A stretch of 59,152 nucleotides of DNA, counting the filler, from Asterionella formosa (lineage: Eukaryota): the NCBI GenBank assembly GCA_002256025.1. It is 8 parts of 8 records of this genome, joined end to end, with 100 filler letters (N's around TTAATTAATTAA, not from the genome) between each part and the next. Parts side by side here need not be neighbours in the genome. Positions count along the whole stretch, not along the records: positions 37,087 to 44,377 come from NKIB01012482.1; positions 44,478 to 51,766 come from NKIB01012483.1; 6 more parts are not named here. One strand, written 5' to 3'. Positions within the stretch are counted from its first letter, which is position 1, and every line of letters starts with the position of its first letter. Positions 37,389 to 49,511 of the stretch are shown here, one piece after another. A program made the position numbers and the translations under genes. The notes beneath the pieces were generated by a model that saw only the letters and a program-made list of their open reading frames with translations, did no database searches and was not told where the DNA came from.

Positions 37389-38352
37389 GGTGATAAAACA
37401 CGATTAAATAGCGATTATGTACCGATATTTGTTTAATAGAAAGAGACAACGGCCAATATAGATATTTGATTTATCATTTGTAAAACCACAAAATAAATTA
37501 TCTCATTCAATTCGATTTAACACAGCTATACATCCAATGCTACTTTCACTAAGGCCAGCCACTTGCTAGAGATATGACTGTTTACTGTTTGAAGTATCTC
37601 GGAAATACCTCTCATTTTCGACTGACTACAACGATATTCGATGAACACTAAAATAGTACCGGTATGCGACTCCTTTTTCTATGGAACTACGGGTGCCAGT
37701 ATATATAAAACATATCTACCAACGTTTCTTTTGATTTGATTTCTTAACCGAATTTCATTTGATAAAATAATCATTGTAGACAAATTGTAGCCTTTCCGAA
37801 AAGAAATAGCTTTGGTTGCAGCTCTTATTTTCTACTCAGGCCGACTACAATGACATGATCATCAGATGAACGCGAATACATACAACAGCTATTTCTGTGT
37901 AACAAAATTCGCATATTCGATAGATTTGCTACAGCTAGATATTTTCCCTGTTGGAGTCTTCATTGTAGCGGTAGTTTTGCTTATAGACGCTCCGAAAAGG
38001 TGGGGAAAATAGTTGAATTAATTCAGACATCCTATGTAGTGCAATCTAGCGGCATTACTGGTACTAACCTTTTGCAAATCACAACGTTGGAAATCGTGAC
38101 GATTCACCATGTTCGTCAGATTTTCGTGAGGTCTGCATTGCTCGCCAAAAAGTATACTGACAAAGCATAGACTGCGCGCCAGCTTTTTGTTATGTAGAAT
38201 GTACACATGGCTAGCACAAAGCAAAGGTAAAGGAGGAGGACCATCCGCGCCAGGTTTCTTTTAATGGAAAACAGCTACTGGCTAGAACGTGGTGAAGGAA
38301 CAAATAATAACTTTCGTGGTAAAATGCATGGTGCATTGTGGTTGTTTTTATT

Positions 38353-38353
<1 letters not shown>

Positions 38354-38425
<72 letters not shown>
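38354..38425. repeat. (TTG)24 microsatellite
   Basis: Perfect 72-bp run. Confidence 0.98.
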
Positions 38426-38426
<1 letters not shown>

Positions 38427-40639
38427 CGCTATCGCTGTTGTTTCTGCTGCTGTTATCCTTTTGGATCCTATTGTTGGAAACACGGAGCTGGCTGGTGGCG
38501 CATCGTGGTTACTGTGCCTGTATGTCTACCCTTCTCTTGCTTGTTCTTTGCCCTCCGTTTGAACTGAATATGAATTGTTTGTTAAGAAATGGAAAAAGGT
38601 CTTATGTGAGTTTGAACGGCTATGATCTTACTCTGTGAGTCATGTTCTTCGCTTCCAGAAAGCAACGAGGACTCAGTTGCAGGCCGGTTCTGGAAACAGA
38701 CAGGCAATTGTTTCGTTATTCCTTGTCAGTAGTACAGAAAGGATGCATCTGAAAGTTCGAGAAATATTTTGGAAAATGGAGACAGGTTGTGTGTTACATT
38801 GTTGTTGTTGTTCCTCTGCACCATCGTGTTCTTCGACTGTGTTCGGAACTATGTTTGTTTGTTGTTGTAGTTCCTCTACCTCCATTTCGTTTTTCCTCTT
38901 GCTTGTTCCGTTTGTATTTGGAACAGTGGTCAGTCATGAACTCACTCTGTGAACCTTGTTCTTTTCCTACGGACAATCAAAATGTTTTTGGCAGGGCAGG
39001 GTTGAACCTTGGGAAGAATGAAATGTGTTGTGCTCTGTGTCAGGCAGGCTATCAATCATTTGTTTTTCGCATTGTCGAAATGATTCCTCTGATGCAAAGG
39101 AGACAATTATATACATGGTAAGCAAGTGCAATGTTTTCTTGCCTTTTGTTGCTTGATATTGTTTGCTGTTGCTTGTTGTGGGCGGATCTCCTCTCCTATT
39201 CTCCTTCGTCTTTGTTCGGAATTGTTAGCGCATGAATTGCTATTTGTAATGAATTAGAGGAAGGGCTTGATTGTGTGCTTGTTACTTGCTTGTTGATCAC
39301 GAACTTACTCTGCAAACGCTGTTCTTTGTCCACAGACAATCAATCTGTTGAGCGAGAGATTTGTTGGGAATCAGGCTGCGACATGGTAGCTAAGCACAAC
39401 GAAAATGATGCCTTTGTAACGATTGTTTGTTCATGAACTCACTCTACAATTGTTGTTCACTGATTGCAGACAATCATATGATCAGGGCTGGGTTGGCCAT
39501 TGGGGAACATGGTAAGGAGCACAGCAGAACCGAAATCATGGCTTCGTAACTTTTTTTCTCATCAACTCACTCTGTAAATGTTTCCCTCTTTCTATGAGTA
39601 GCCAAGCAATCTTGCGATTAGTTACAGCATCCAGCTGCAAGAATGAACATCCATTGCTTGTTGTATTGGTTTGAGAATCACGTTCTACTATAGAAAGTAT
39701 CAATATAAACTATATAGCGAAGCGATTAATTTGATTGATTTTGCGATTGTAGAATGAAATTGAAAAAATGAATTGGTTACACATAATTATTTGTTTGACT
39801 AGCATATATATTTGTTTAACCTTGAGGTATTAATGTGATCAATGTAAAGATAAAATGGGAGCAAACTAACAGAATTAATGGTAGTCAGAGTGAAGAATAT
39901 TTGTGAACGGAAATGTTGCGAATTGTAGAGAAAAGTACCGTATTATAGAGATTATTACTGAACAAATTTTTCTTCGTGTTGCAAGAAAATATTGTCAGTT
40001 GGCCCAAAAATTATGTGGGTTTCTAAAATAATTATGGAAGTTGTCTAAACTATTTTAGTTCACTCCGTCCATATATATTGTATGATGCATCATATCTTAT
40101 TGTGATGTCATACCCTTAAATTATGTACGTAGCTAAATTCGTCATATTGGGCCACCCAAATAATTAATTTGGGTGATCATATTTGACTAGCGTTTTTTTG
40201 TGGCGGCTGTACCAGTAATCGGCGTTGTAGATGAACAAGAGGAAGTGAACCCTCCTGTAAAAAAAGCGAAAAAGAATAAGGCACAGACAAAGTCAACCCC
40301 TCCAGATGCTGTGACCTGCAGCAACACATACTTCCATGTCATTAATGTCTACATGTGAAATAAGCATGGCAGTGATGTTTTGCTTCTAGGTCAGCCACCA
40401 ACTCTGGCTTACCTTGATGCAAGAAGATTTCGACACAAGTTCATTTTCGATCGACTTGTTGTCACATATTTTGATCATGAGGATGACGACTGCACCAATC
40501 TAGCGTTTCCCGAAGATGAATATTGGGACCAAGTTGGAATTGATGCTGACTACGCAAAAACATATGATGTCCTTTTCATTGGTAATGGGATACCTTAATC
40601 ATCATTATCAAGTTGGCTACTATCGAAAAAACAATCAAT

Positions 40640-41992
40640 CAGGCAGAAGAGGAATCACTACAATTCTATCTGCGATGAAGAGTCATTCCTCCAATGCTAA
40701 TGTACAACACTATGGTTGTGGAGCACTTTGGACCTTGGCTTTTCTTGACAAATACAAGGTGGAAATTGCTGAAGGAAGAGGAATCACTACGAGTCTATCT
40801 GCGATGAAGGGCCATTCCTCCAATTCTAATGTACAACACTACGGTGTGGAGCACTTTGGAAATTTGCTGTAAATAATGACAACAACAGGGTGACGATTGC
40901 TGAAGAAGGAGGTATCACTACGATTATATCAGCGATGAAGAATTGTCCAAAGAATCCTGATGTGCAAGACTATGGTTGTGGAGCGCTTTCTAACTTAGCT
41001 GTGAATAATGACAACAACCATTCGACGATTGCTAAAGAAGGAGGTGTCGAAACGATTCGGTCTGCAATGGCGTCTCATTCTAACAATGCTCGTGTGCAAA
41101 ACCATGGTTAGGCAGCGCTTCTTAACTTGGCTGTGAATGACGACAACAAGATAGCGATTGCTGAACAAGAAGAAGGATATATCAATAACATTGATGCTCA
41201 AACTTTGAATGAGCATGGTGTACAGACTGAGCTCCTTAAGAATGGACGTTATTGTTGTCCTGATCACACAGACATTCTGCTTCGCCAAAAGAATTGGATG
41301 GGAGTCTGGAAGACTGTGCAAGACAGCTGCCCTAAATGCGATCACGAACGAATGAATAAACAAGGTCAGCCTACTACTCAAACAAGTACAATGCCTCAGC
41401 AGCCCTCTTCTTTGCCAGCAACGCAATCTCAGCCTTCAACCCAAATTCCAACCACTGCGAATCAGATTGATAAAATTATTTCAATGTTGAAAATGAATGA
41501 GAGAAATGCTGACATTCTAGGAGGTGATCTCCTTAAGCTTGCTCACTTCGCTGAGAATAATGACGACAACCAGAAAAAGATTGTTGAAGGAGGAGGTAAT
41601 CCTTTGTTTGTGACTGCGATGAATAAGCATCTAAACAAGGATGCTTATGTCCAATACTCTGGTTGTGGAGCACTTATGAAGTTGGCTGAGAATCGCGACA
41701 ACCAGATGACAATTGCTGAAGCAGGAGGTATCACTTCTATTGTGTCTGCAATGAAGATTCATCCAGAGTTTCCTTATGTCCAAGAATATGGTTGTGGAGC
41801 ACTTTGGAACTTGGCTTTAAATGATGGCAACAAGGGGGGGATTGCTGATGAAGGAGGTATCGCTGCGATTGTGGTTGCAATGAAGAAACATCCAGAGAAT
41901 CCTAATGTCCAGGAATATGGTTGTGCAACACTTCGTAACTTGGCTTTGAATGTTGACAACTTGTTGATGATTGCTGACAATGGAGGTATTGC
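40640..41992 (+). pseudogene. Armadillo-repeat (Aardvark-like) protein pseudogene
   Basis: About 9 units of GGI..I.SAMK.H......VQ.YGCGALWNLA. It has a 1-nt deletion near 40845, an in-frame TAG at 41109 and a central CPDH...W......CPKC module. The last repeat is cut at 41992. Confidence 0.85.
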
Positions 41993-42200
41993 TTCAGGAA
42001 AACTTAAGGAAACTTCAGGAAATGTCAGGAAACATAAGGACTAATTTTGGAGACTTCAGGAAATTCCATGCATTTCCTAACATTTCCTGAAGTTTCCTTA
42101 AGTTTTCCTGAAAGTCATAGGCATTTCCTGATAGTCATAGTCATTTCCTGAAATTCATAGGAATTTCCTGAATGTCATAATGCTTCCTGAATGTCATAGT
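41993..42200. repeat. Foldback with 40-bp arms (39/40 match) and 40-bp spacer, followed by short TTCCTGA/TCATAG repeats; probable transposon end
   Basis: 41993-42032 pairs with 42073-42112; both arms are built from TCAGGAAA-like units. Confidence 0.85.
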
Positions 42201-42880
42201 CATATGCGGTTTGTTCTCGTTTTTGCAATTAGAAGAATTCCGCTATTTATTTCGCTGAATCGTGCTATGAATAGAAGATTTTCTTTATACGTTATAAAAT
42301 ATGTCGATGTCCAGTAACATGTTGTCTGTTTCAGGAAAATGACCGCTGGTTGAAGGTACAACAACAAGATGCGGTCATTTGGCTTACCGGTAAATAAACA
42401 ATTCGATATGGGATAAAAACAGCTAAATCCTTATTTCAGCAAAATTACCGCAACTTGCCGGTCTGCGTGTTCGGACAAATATTCGCAATATTCAGACTTG
42501 CTTTCCCGGAACTCCCAGCAGGAGTGGAGAGTGTTGGAGAAATTGTTTTAGGAATGAAAAATCCCGGAAAGAATTACCTAATACACATTGAATCGAATGA
42601 ATCAAGAAAGAAAATGGTACCGGTACCAGAGAAAACTCAGAATTCGAAAACAATCTACATCGCCACCAAAATCCATACTTCTATTAAAACTCTTAGGAAC
42701 GATTACAATCGATTACATGCAACATCGTTGTTCATATCTACAGCCTATTTGGTCACTGACGAGTCCTTACAGTTAGGGCTGACGAGAAAAGGAGTTTTTG
42801 ACACAACCTTCGAACAAGAACCGAACAAGAAGTCGCTCGAATAAACATCAGACAACTTCTTTTACCTTCAAGACGACGTT

Positions 42881-44377
42881 TGTCAAGAATATAGCATCAA
42901 TGGCTATAATGAGTCACAAGGACTGTGGACTCGACTATAGTCCAATGAGTCAAATGGTGCGTTCCCATGTCAAGAAGCTTGCTAACGAGATTGATGTCTT
43001 AGATCAATCAGAAGAAGGTTTACATCAACGAAAAGGGAACACGAAGAACAGGTTCTCGAAGTGTGATGAATGGGATTGAAACTTAGTTTTAGTTTAATCT
43101 TATAATTAAGAAACAGTGAGAATTGACAGAGTAAGGTCAATAGCGAAAACTAGCACGAAGGCTAGCAGCAGAAAGAAGATAACAATACTAGTGGTATAAC
43201 AGGTAAGTTTTACGTAAGAGGAACCCGTCAGACGGGAAGGAGTACGAGACCTTTCAACACGCTTTAAAGCGTCCACTTTAAGGCCACAGGCTACTCAGGA
43301 ACGATGGGAAGTGACGAAGACACGTCAGTGAGGTTGCCGACATTCGATGGGCAAGATGCTAAATGGCACATGTGGAAAGCGAAGTTTCTCGCATACGCGT
43401 GCTACAAGAACTTTCAAGGAATACTTAACGGTGACGAACTACCAAGAGGAGAGAAAGACCTAAAGGGCGATACGATCGTGTTGTCGGATGCTGACGAGAG
43501 ACGCATCCGAAGGAGCAACACAGTTGCTTACGCAAGTCTGATAATGGCATGCCAGAGTGGGCCATTCGGACACGTAAATAATGCAAGAAGTGCCGAGTTT
43601 CCTAACGGCAATGCTAAAGAAGCATGGGACAAGCTCATTTCTACGTATGAGTCAGGCAACATGGCGAATGTCATTGCCTTGTCCCACCAATGGACGAAGT
43701 GCACTCTAGGGGAAAACGAGAACCCCGACAGCTGGTATGTGGAGTTGGATCGAATCCGGGAACGATTGGGCAATACAAGCTCTGCCGTTTCGGATGGTGC
43801 CTATGTGGCACACAGGATCAACAACCTACCTGAAAGCTACAAGAGTTTGGTAGTAGGAAGGTTCGGCCTGGCGCGCAACACGCTAACGGTCGAAGAGATT
43901 AAGACAGACATCCGGGACTACTACGATCTATATGTCCGGGATGACGTCAAAACGACTGACAAGAACAAGAGTGAACAGGCCTTCTACACGAAAGGGAAGT
44001 TCAAAGGTGACTGTCGTAAGTGTGGCAAGTATGGCCACAAGGCGGCTGAATGTCGCAGCAAGGGCAATAGTGCCGACAAGAAGGAGCTCACTCCTGAGCA
44101 GAAAGAAAAGAGGAAAACGATTAAGTGTTTCAAGTGCCAACGCATGGGACACTACGCAAGTGAGTGCACCAGTAACAGTGCATCTAAGAATAATAGAAAC
44201 GAAGAGAACAACACGACTACATCTACCCAGCATGGAATGTTCGTCGCCAGCACGTGCGTCGAAATTAGTTACAACGAGGAAGTCAACCTCGCTCGTGACG
44301 TCAGAAATCGCTGGTTGTTAGACAGCGGTGCTACTGTTCACATCTGCACGGACGTGCGCATGATGGAAGACAAGAAA
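42881..44377 (+). mobile_element. Young Ty1/copia element: candidate 5' LTR (42881-43259, TG...CA) plus gag-pol start, truncated by contig end
   Basis: An intact gag-protease ORF follows. The LTR limits are inferred only from the TGTCA...CAACA termini; no second LTR is in the window. Confidence 0.75.
43304..44377 (+). CDS. Copia gag-pol polyprotein, 5' part (gag, two CCHC knuckles, aspartic protease start)
   Basis: RLPTFDG...WHMWKAKF, GNAKEAWDKL, CRKCGKYGHKAAEC, CFKCQRMGHYASEC, WLLDSGATVHIC; no stops up to the gap. Confidence 0.92.
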
Positions 44378-44477
44378 NNNNNNNNNNNNNNNNNNNNNNN
44401 NNNNNNNNNNNNNNNNNNNNNTTAATTAATTAANNNNNNNNNNNNNNNNNNNNNNNNNNNNNNNNNNNNNNNNNNNN
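44378..44477. other. Artificial contig spacer
   Basis: N44-TTAATTAATTAA-N44. Confidence 0.99.
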
Positions 44478-45329
44478 GCCTTATTCCGAAATCATCACAA
44501 GCAAAATAGGGAATAGAGAAAATGAATCATTTGCATATACTAAAGCAAAAATGCAAAATTCAGTCTGAAGCTCACCATCGGAAGGAGCTACCGGTACCTG
44601 GTACCCGTAGTCTACCTGGTACCAGGGGTAACAGGGTACCCGGTGCTGAGTACCAGGTACCAGATTGTAGTATACCTATGAATGGTGATAAAGCAAGGAA
44701 TTTTTTATGGGATTGCTGGTATAGGTACGTATTAACTACCTGGTATCTGGTACCGTATCCGGATATATTTATGGCATAGTAGCTATGCTACTACTTAACG
44801 GTAATTGATATTTCACCATAATGAATTCCAATAAATGATGACAAGAACATATGTACCAGGTACCTGAATAGAGATATACTGTAGACTGCAAGTTTTGTAC
44901 CTGGTACTCTACCAACCGGTATCATTAGGAAAAGAGTGAATCGTATGATGGGACAGAATCGAAAAAAGGGAACACAAAATGCGAAACAAAATTGATTGTG
45001 TTCCCATTTCATGACTGGGTTTTGACATCGTTGTTCCACAAATAAATGAAAGAAATATGATGCTTGGAAAGGTTTCTTTTGCAGTGGTGGCATTGCTAGT
45101 AACCAATACTGTCGATGGTCAAAGAAATGTAAGCCAAACTGTGTTCCAAGCATAAAGCGACCAAGCACCCTTTGTGTCCAGTATTGACATCGTTTGCGTG
45201 ATGTGTAGTGTGTCTTACTACTATTCAGCTGAACCATTTACCTGAGACGTTTAACAATGACAGGGATCCCCTGGAGTTCAGGTTGCAAGCTGTGAATGTC
45301 TCTTCTGCCAAATAGCAGTCGTTCATATC

Positions 45330-46800
45330 ATGTTGGCTGGTGGCGCAGCCATCTCAAGCTACCGCTGTCTCACCGACGAGACCCAAGAGGGTGATGGAGA
45401 GTCAGAAATGTCGTATTCTATCGACCTCCCTGCGCCTTTTGTTAATGGAAACAATGTGACACTGGATTCCGGTGTGTCTACAATTTGCATCGTTGGTGGT
45501 TCTGCCATTCGAACTGAGTTTGGAAAACCCGACTACGTTGTTATTCCACCAAATGCAGATATACACTTTGTTGCAAGTCGTAATATCAATCGTCAGCGTC
45601 GTCTAACACAAACATTTGGAAGCCGGACAGTGCTTGTCGTCCTTGTCAAAGCTCCTGATTCACTGCAATCCAATTCTGTGAGAAGCCTTGCAAATGGAAC
45701 CTTCGGTATTGGAGGTCAGCAGTACTCTGTTGCCTCTCAGTACAGTTCATGTTCGGCTGGGAAGCTAAACTTTATTCCAGCAAGTGGATATCCTACTAGA
45801 ATCACAAATGGAGTTATAAACATTGCACTTCCATCTTCTATCAACGACATATACATCTCCGACCTGGAAAACTCCATGAAAATAGCAGCGAAGGTTTTGC
45901 TAGGCATTAACGACCTTAACAACCATTTCTCTCACATCATGTTTTGTATGCCACGTGGTACCAAAATCAAAGGAAATGATGCGAAAACTTGGTCAGCATA
46001 TGGAATTACACCTGGTCAATATTCATATTATAACAATAGTGAGTACCGGTTTAATGATGGAACTTTCCAGAATTTCCAATCACATGCCTACTTATCCGTT
46101 CCCTTCTCTTTTCATGTATTTCTTATCACAGACTGGTGCAAGAGTCTCAGTGCTAAAATGCATGAGCTTGGGTGAGTACTGTATTGCCTTCTCCTACATG
46201 TGTCGACGTACTTTTTGTTTCCATTTCTCACCACTTCTGTCGAATTTTTATAGGCATAACCTAGGTCTTCAGCATTCCAATGAGAATGGAATTACTTATG
46301 ATGACAGGAGCTGTATGATGGGCTACTCATACTATGATAAAGGATCGCCAGCCATGTGCTTCAATGGCCACAAGAATTATGTCCTCGGCTGGTATGCAGA
46401 CAAGCAGATCACAGTTGACCCAGCAACCGATGGGGCCTGGTCTGGCAAGCTTGTGGGTTTTGTAGACTATATGAAGGCATCGATTGATCGCAATGAATAT
46501 GTTCTTATTATTTCCGGTAACCTATACATTCAGTACAACTTAGCTAAAGGATTTAATTTTCAAGTACAGGAAAAGGCAAACATGGTCACGATTGCAACAG
46601 CCCCAAACAGCAAATCCATATCTACTCTGCTATTGTCACTCTCGGCAAAGCAATTTGTTGTAATTGACTCTTACGTAATAGAAGCATGTGAGACAGTCGA
46701 TGCCAGTTCTACAGCCCCAAAGTATGTGGAACTTTCAGTTCGCTTGGAGACTCAGAGCTCGACTTGTCCCAATGCAAAGTTAGTCCCGATGCAAAATTAG
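45330..46800 (+). CDS. Peptidase M11 (gametolysin-like) zinc metalloprotease; introns 46039-46131 and 46172-46253; true 5' end uncertain
   Basis: Splicing restores HELGHNLGLQH (HExxHxxGxxH), followed by YDDRSCMMGYS (Met-turn) and CFNGHKNYVLGWY. RQRRL-like propeptide site precedes RTVLVVLV. No clear signal peptide is seen, so it may be incomplete or a pseudogene. Confidence 0.82.
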
Positions 46801-48228
46801 TCACCATGCAGGAACCTCCGCTTCATCCAACGTCTACGAAAACTACTGCTTTGTCTACCGCAGCACCAACGAATACTATGACTGAAACGAAACCGTCGGC
46901 TTCGCCAGCTACAATGCTTCCTCCTCGATAATTATCGCTCCATGAGGGGAAATCCAACAATTTGATCGTTTCACTGTTAATTCTTGATCTTAGTGGTTGG
47001 CGCCTTCCAAGTACTAGGTTAGGTGCACAGTTTGAGTGATGGCATCAGCCTACCAGTAATAGCCTCTTACTTGCATCGCGACTGCGATGGTGTTGATTAT
47101 ATTTCTCACATGCCGAAAGTAATACATGATTAATGACTAGGCCAGAATGGGTCGATTCCAGCAGGAGTTAAAACTCCAGCAAAGTCGCCATGCCTTGGGA
47201 AACATTCAAGCATTTGAATGGTTGGAGGTTCGTGATCGCTGTAATGAAGCTTCAAAGGAACAGTGGGGTGCGATTCCGGCATGCGACGGCTATCTTCTGG
47301 GAGTGGTCGAATGGTTGTGTCCACGAATGGTATGTGATAGTCTCAAAGTGGTGATTTGCTAGTACTTTATACATGTTGTGCACTGTCCCCAAATCAAATG
47401 CGTTGCAAATGCTGGTCATGAGCATGTTGAGGTTCTTATTATGCAGTGCAGGAAGGACACGCCAGTCCTATCGAATTGCCACCGGAACTTTTTCGTGACC
47501 CATCCCCTGAGGGATAATGCTATCATTAACTCCCGATTCTTCATTCTATGTACCGCCATAATGCATATTATAGGGGGTTGATTGGTTCCAATATCAGAAA
47601 TCCTGGGCTTGTTACGCATTTATTGCAGCCTCCAAAATGACATACTTGTCACCCTTAACAGGAATAGCATACCGGTAGTCTCCATTGGAATACCCGTCCA
47701 CAATCAAGTCAAATTTTTCAGCACGAATCATAACAATCTCGACATCATCTCTTTTGGCGTCCTTGGTAAAAATATAAAAATAGAGATGTGATAGTTAGTT
47801 TTCAGACAATGCACCTCGTGGAGACCCAGTAGTTTTGAGGTTGTCGAAGATACCAGTTTGTTTTTAGGAGATGATACACATGAAAAGGTACTACAGTACT
47901 AGGTACCTGGTACTGTATAGTATAAAAAAGTATTTACCACGTCATTCCGGTAAATAATATACCGGGATTTGAAATTATGGTCATCGTTGGCTTTGGTTTA
48001 TTATGCACAATATACCGGTGTACCGGTTCATGTTTACACGACTATCGTTAGTACGGGTATCATATGTTTTTCAAAGATCGTGTTGACATGAATTTCGGTA
48101 CCAGGTACCATGTACCGGTATACTACTAACGCCGGGAGCATTACATCGGCTACATGTGATGTGCATAATTTATGTTTTGTTGGGTTTTTAAGCTCGCATG
48201 ATTGTTCACAATTTATTTGTATAAGATC

Positions 48229-48876
48229 ATGCCCATTACGTTCTTGTTCCAATCTATCACTCTCTTCATCGTGCTGGGCAGTCCAACAATGGTATTGATG
48301 TTGGACGCTCTGCAACCGTCCTTGACAATGCGCACGACAAGACGTCACCATTCCTCGACAGTCACTTGTTATATGGAATTATTCCATGACAATCTGCTCC
48401 TCTCCACCGCTTGTGTTGGTACTGTTGTCGCTACTAGTGCTTGGTTCCTGTCCTTAGAAAAATCTCAGCGAAACAACAGAGATGCGGAGTATGATGCCTT
48501 TCAACAAGAACGTGCCAGATTGGCGTACTTGAAGCCTCGTGACGAATTATCATTATGGACCGAGGCTGAGTTGGAAAGATACAATGGAACTGATGAAACT
48601 GGACCACTCCTAATGGCCGCAGACGGGTACGTCTTCAATGTATGGAAGGGACGACACTTTTATGGACCAGGTGGTGCCTATCATTTATTTGCAGGTCGAG
48701 ATGCAACTCGGTTGCTGGCAAAAACAATGGTGGAAGAAGAAACACCCGAAGAACGTGCCATTCCACTGACCATGGGAGAGAGAGCAGCACTTGCCGGTTG
48801 GATGTGGACCTTTAAATCAAAATATGAGATTGTAGGACGTTTGGAAAATTACAATCCACAAGATACATCCATGTAG
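48229..48876 (+). CDS. Cytochrome b5-like heme/steroid-binding (MAPR/Dap1-type) protein, 215 aa, with signal/transit-like N-terminus and one TM segment
   Basis: WTEAELERYNG...LLMAADGYVFNV..GRHFYGPGGAYHLFAGRDATR...W...FKSKYEIVGRL. First ATG is at 48229. Confidence 0.9.
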   Translation: MPITFLFQSITLFIVLGSPTMVLMLDALQPSLTMRTTRRHHSSTVTCYMELFHDNLLLSTACVGTVVATSAWFLSLEKSQRNNRDAEYDAFQQERARLAYLKPRDELSLWTEAELERYNGTDETGPLLMAADGYVFNVWKGRHFYGPGGAYHLFAGRDATRLLAKTMVEEETPEERAIPLTMGERAALAGWMWTFKSKYEIVGRLENYNPQDTSM

Positions 48877-49511
48877 AGATGCAAGGGGGATTTCATGATG
48901 TGTCCATTTCATCCATCAAGGGGATTCATCTGGGGTATCGGTACCCCTCCCCTGGTACTGGTTTTTCTTTAAGGGAGGGAATTGATGTGCACCAAGAATT
49001 CATTTCTAAACACACTTATGTTTGATTCTGTACATTTCTGCTGCAATTTTCCAGTTTACCAGGGTTGTCATTATCCTGGAAGTAGGAGCTACCGACATGT
49101 CAGGGCGACAATACCCTTATTGTCGGGCCAAGTATATCTGAGCGAGGAGTTACTAAATGCACCCAATTGTTTCATGATTTATCCCATCCTGTACATTACT
49201 AATGGCAACAATTTAGGTTAACATACTATGCTCAACCTATAGTCGGAAATTTCAAGACTTTCCAAGATCTGACATTTGACTTTCCTGTCGTCCTTATGAT
49301 AAGCTCGAGGGGCAACAAGTCTTACTATATGAATATAGTCACAGCAATATTTTTCTTGCCATCATATCGTCATTGTCAACGGCCCTAATAGTTATAATCT
49401 AAGCAAGTGTGTGATGACTGTATGATGGATGTAGAGAATGTGTGCTTTTAGATACTGTATTTAACAATACATATACTGGTATTTTATAGAATGTGCATGA
49501 TGTGCATGTAT

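Noticed and set aside
38211..38638. Poly-Thr, poly-Leu, poly-Cys and poly-Val ORFs
   Set aside because: Artefacts of the (TTG)24 microsatellite.
40200..40598. Coding-like fragment (KKAKK...YFHVINV...LDARRF...) before the ARM repeats
   Set aside because: It contains a stop and does not join the ARM frame convincingly. Probably a TE-derived fragment, but the family is not identifiable.
47100..47780. Coding-like minus-strand stretch (DDVEIVMIRAEKFDLIVDG...)
   Set aside because: Multiple in-frame stops and no motif I can name; the same applies to ~50600-51300.
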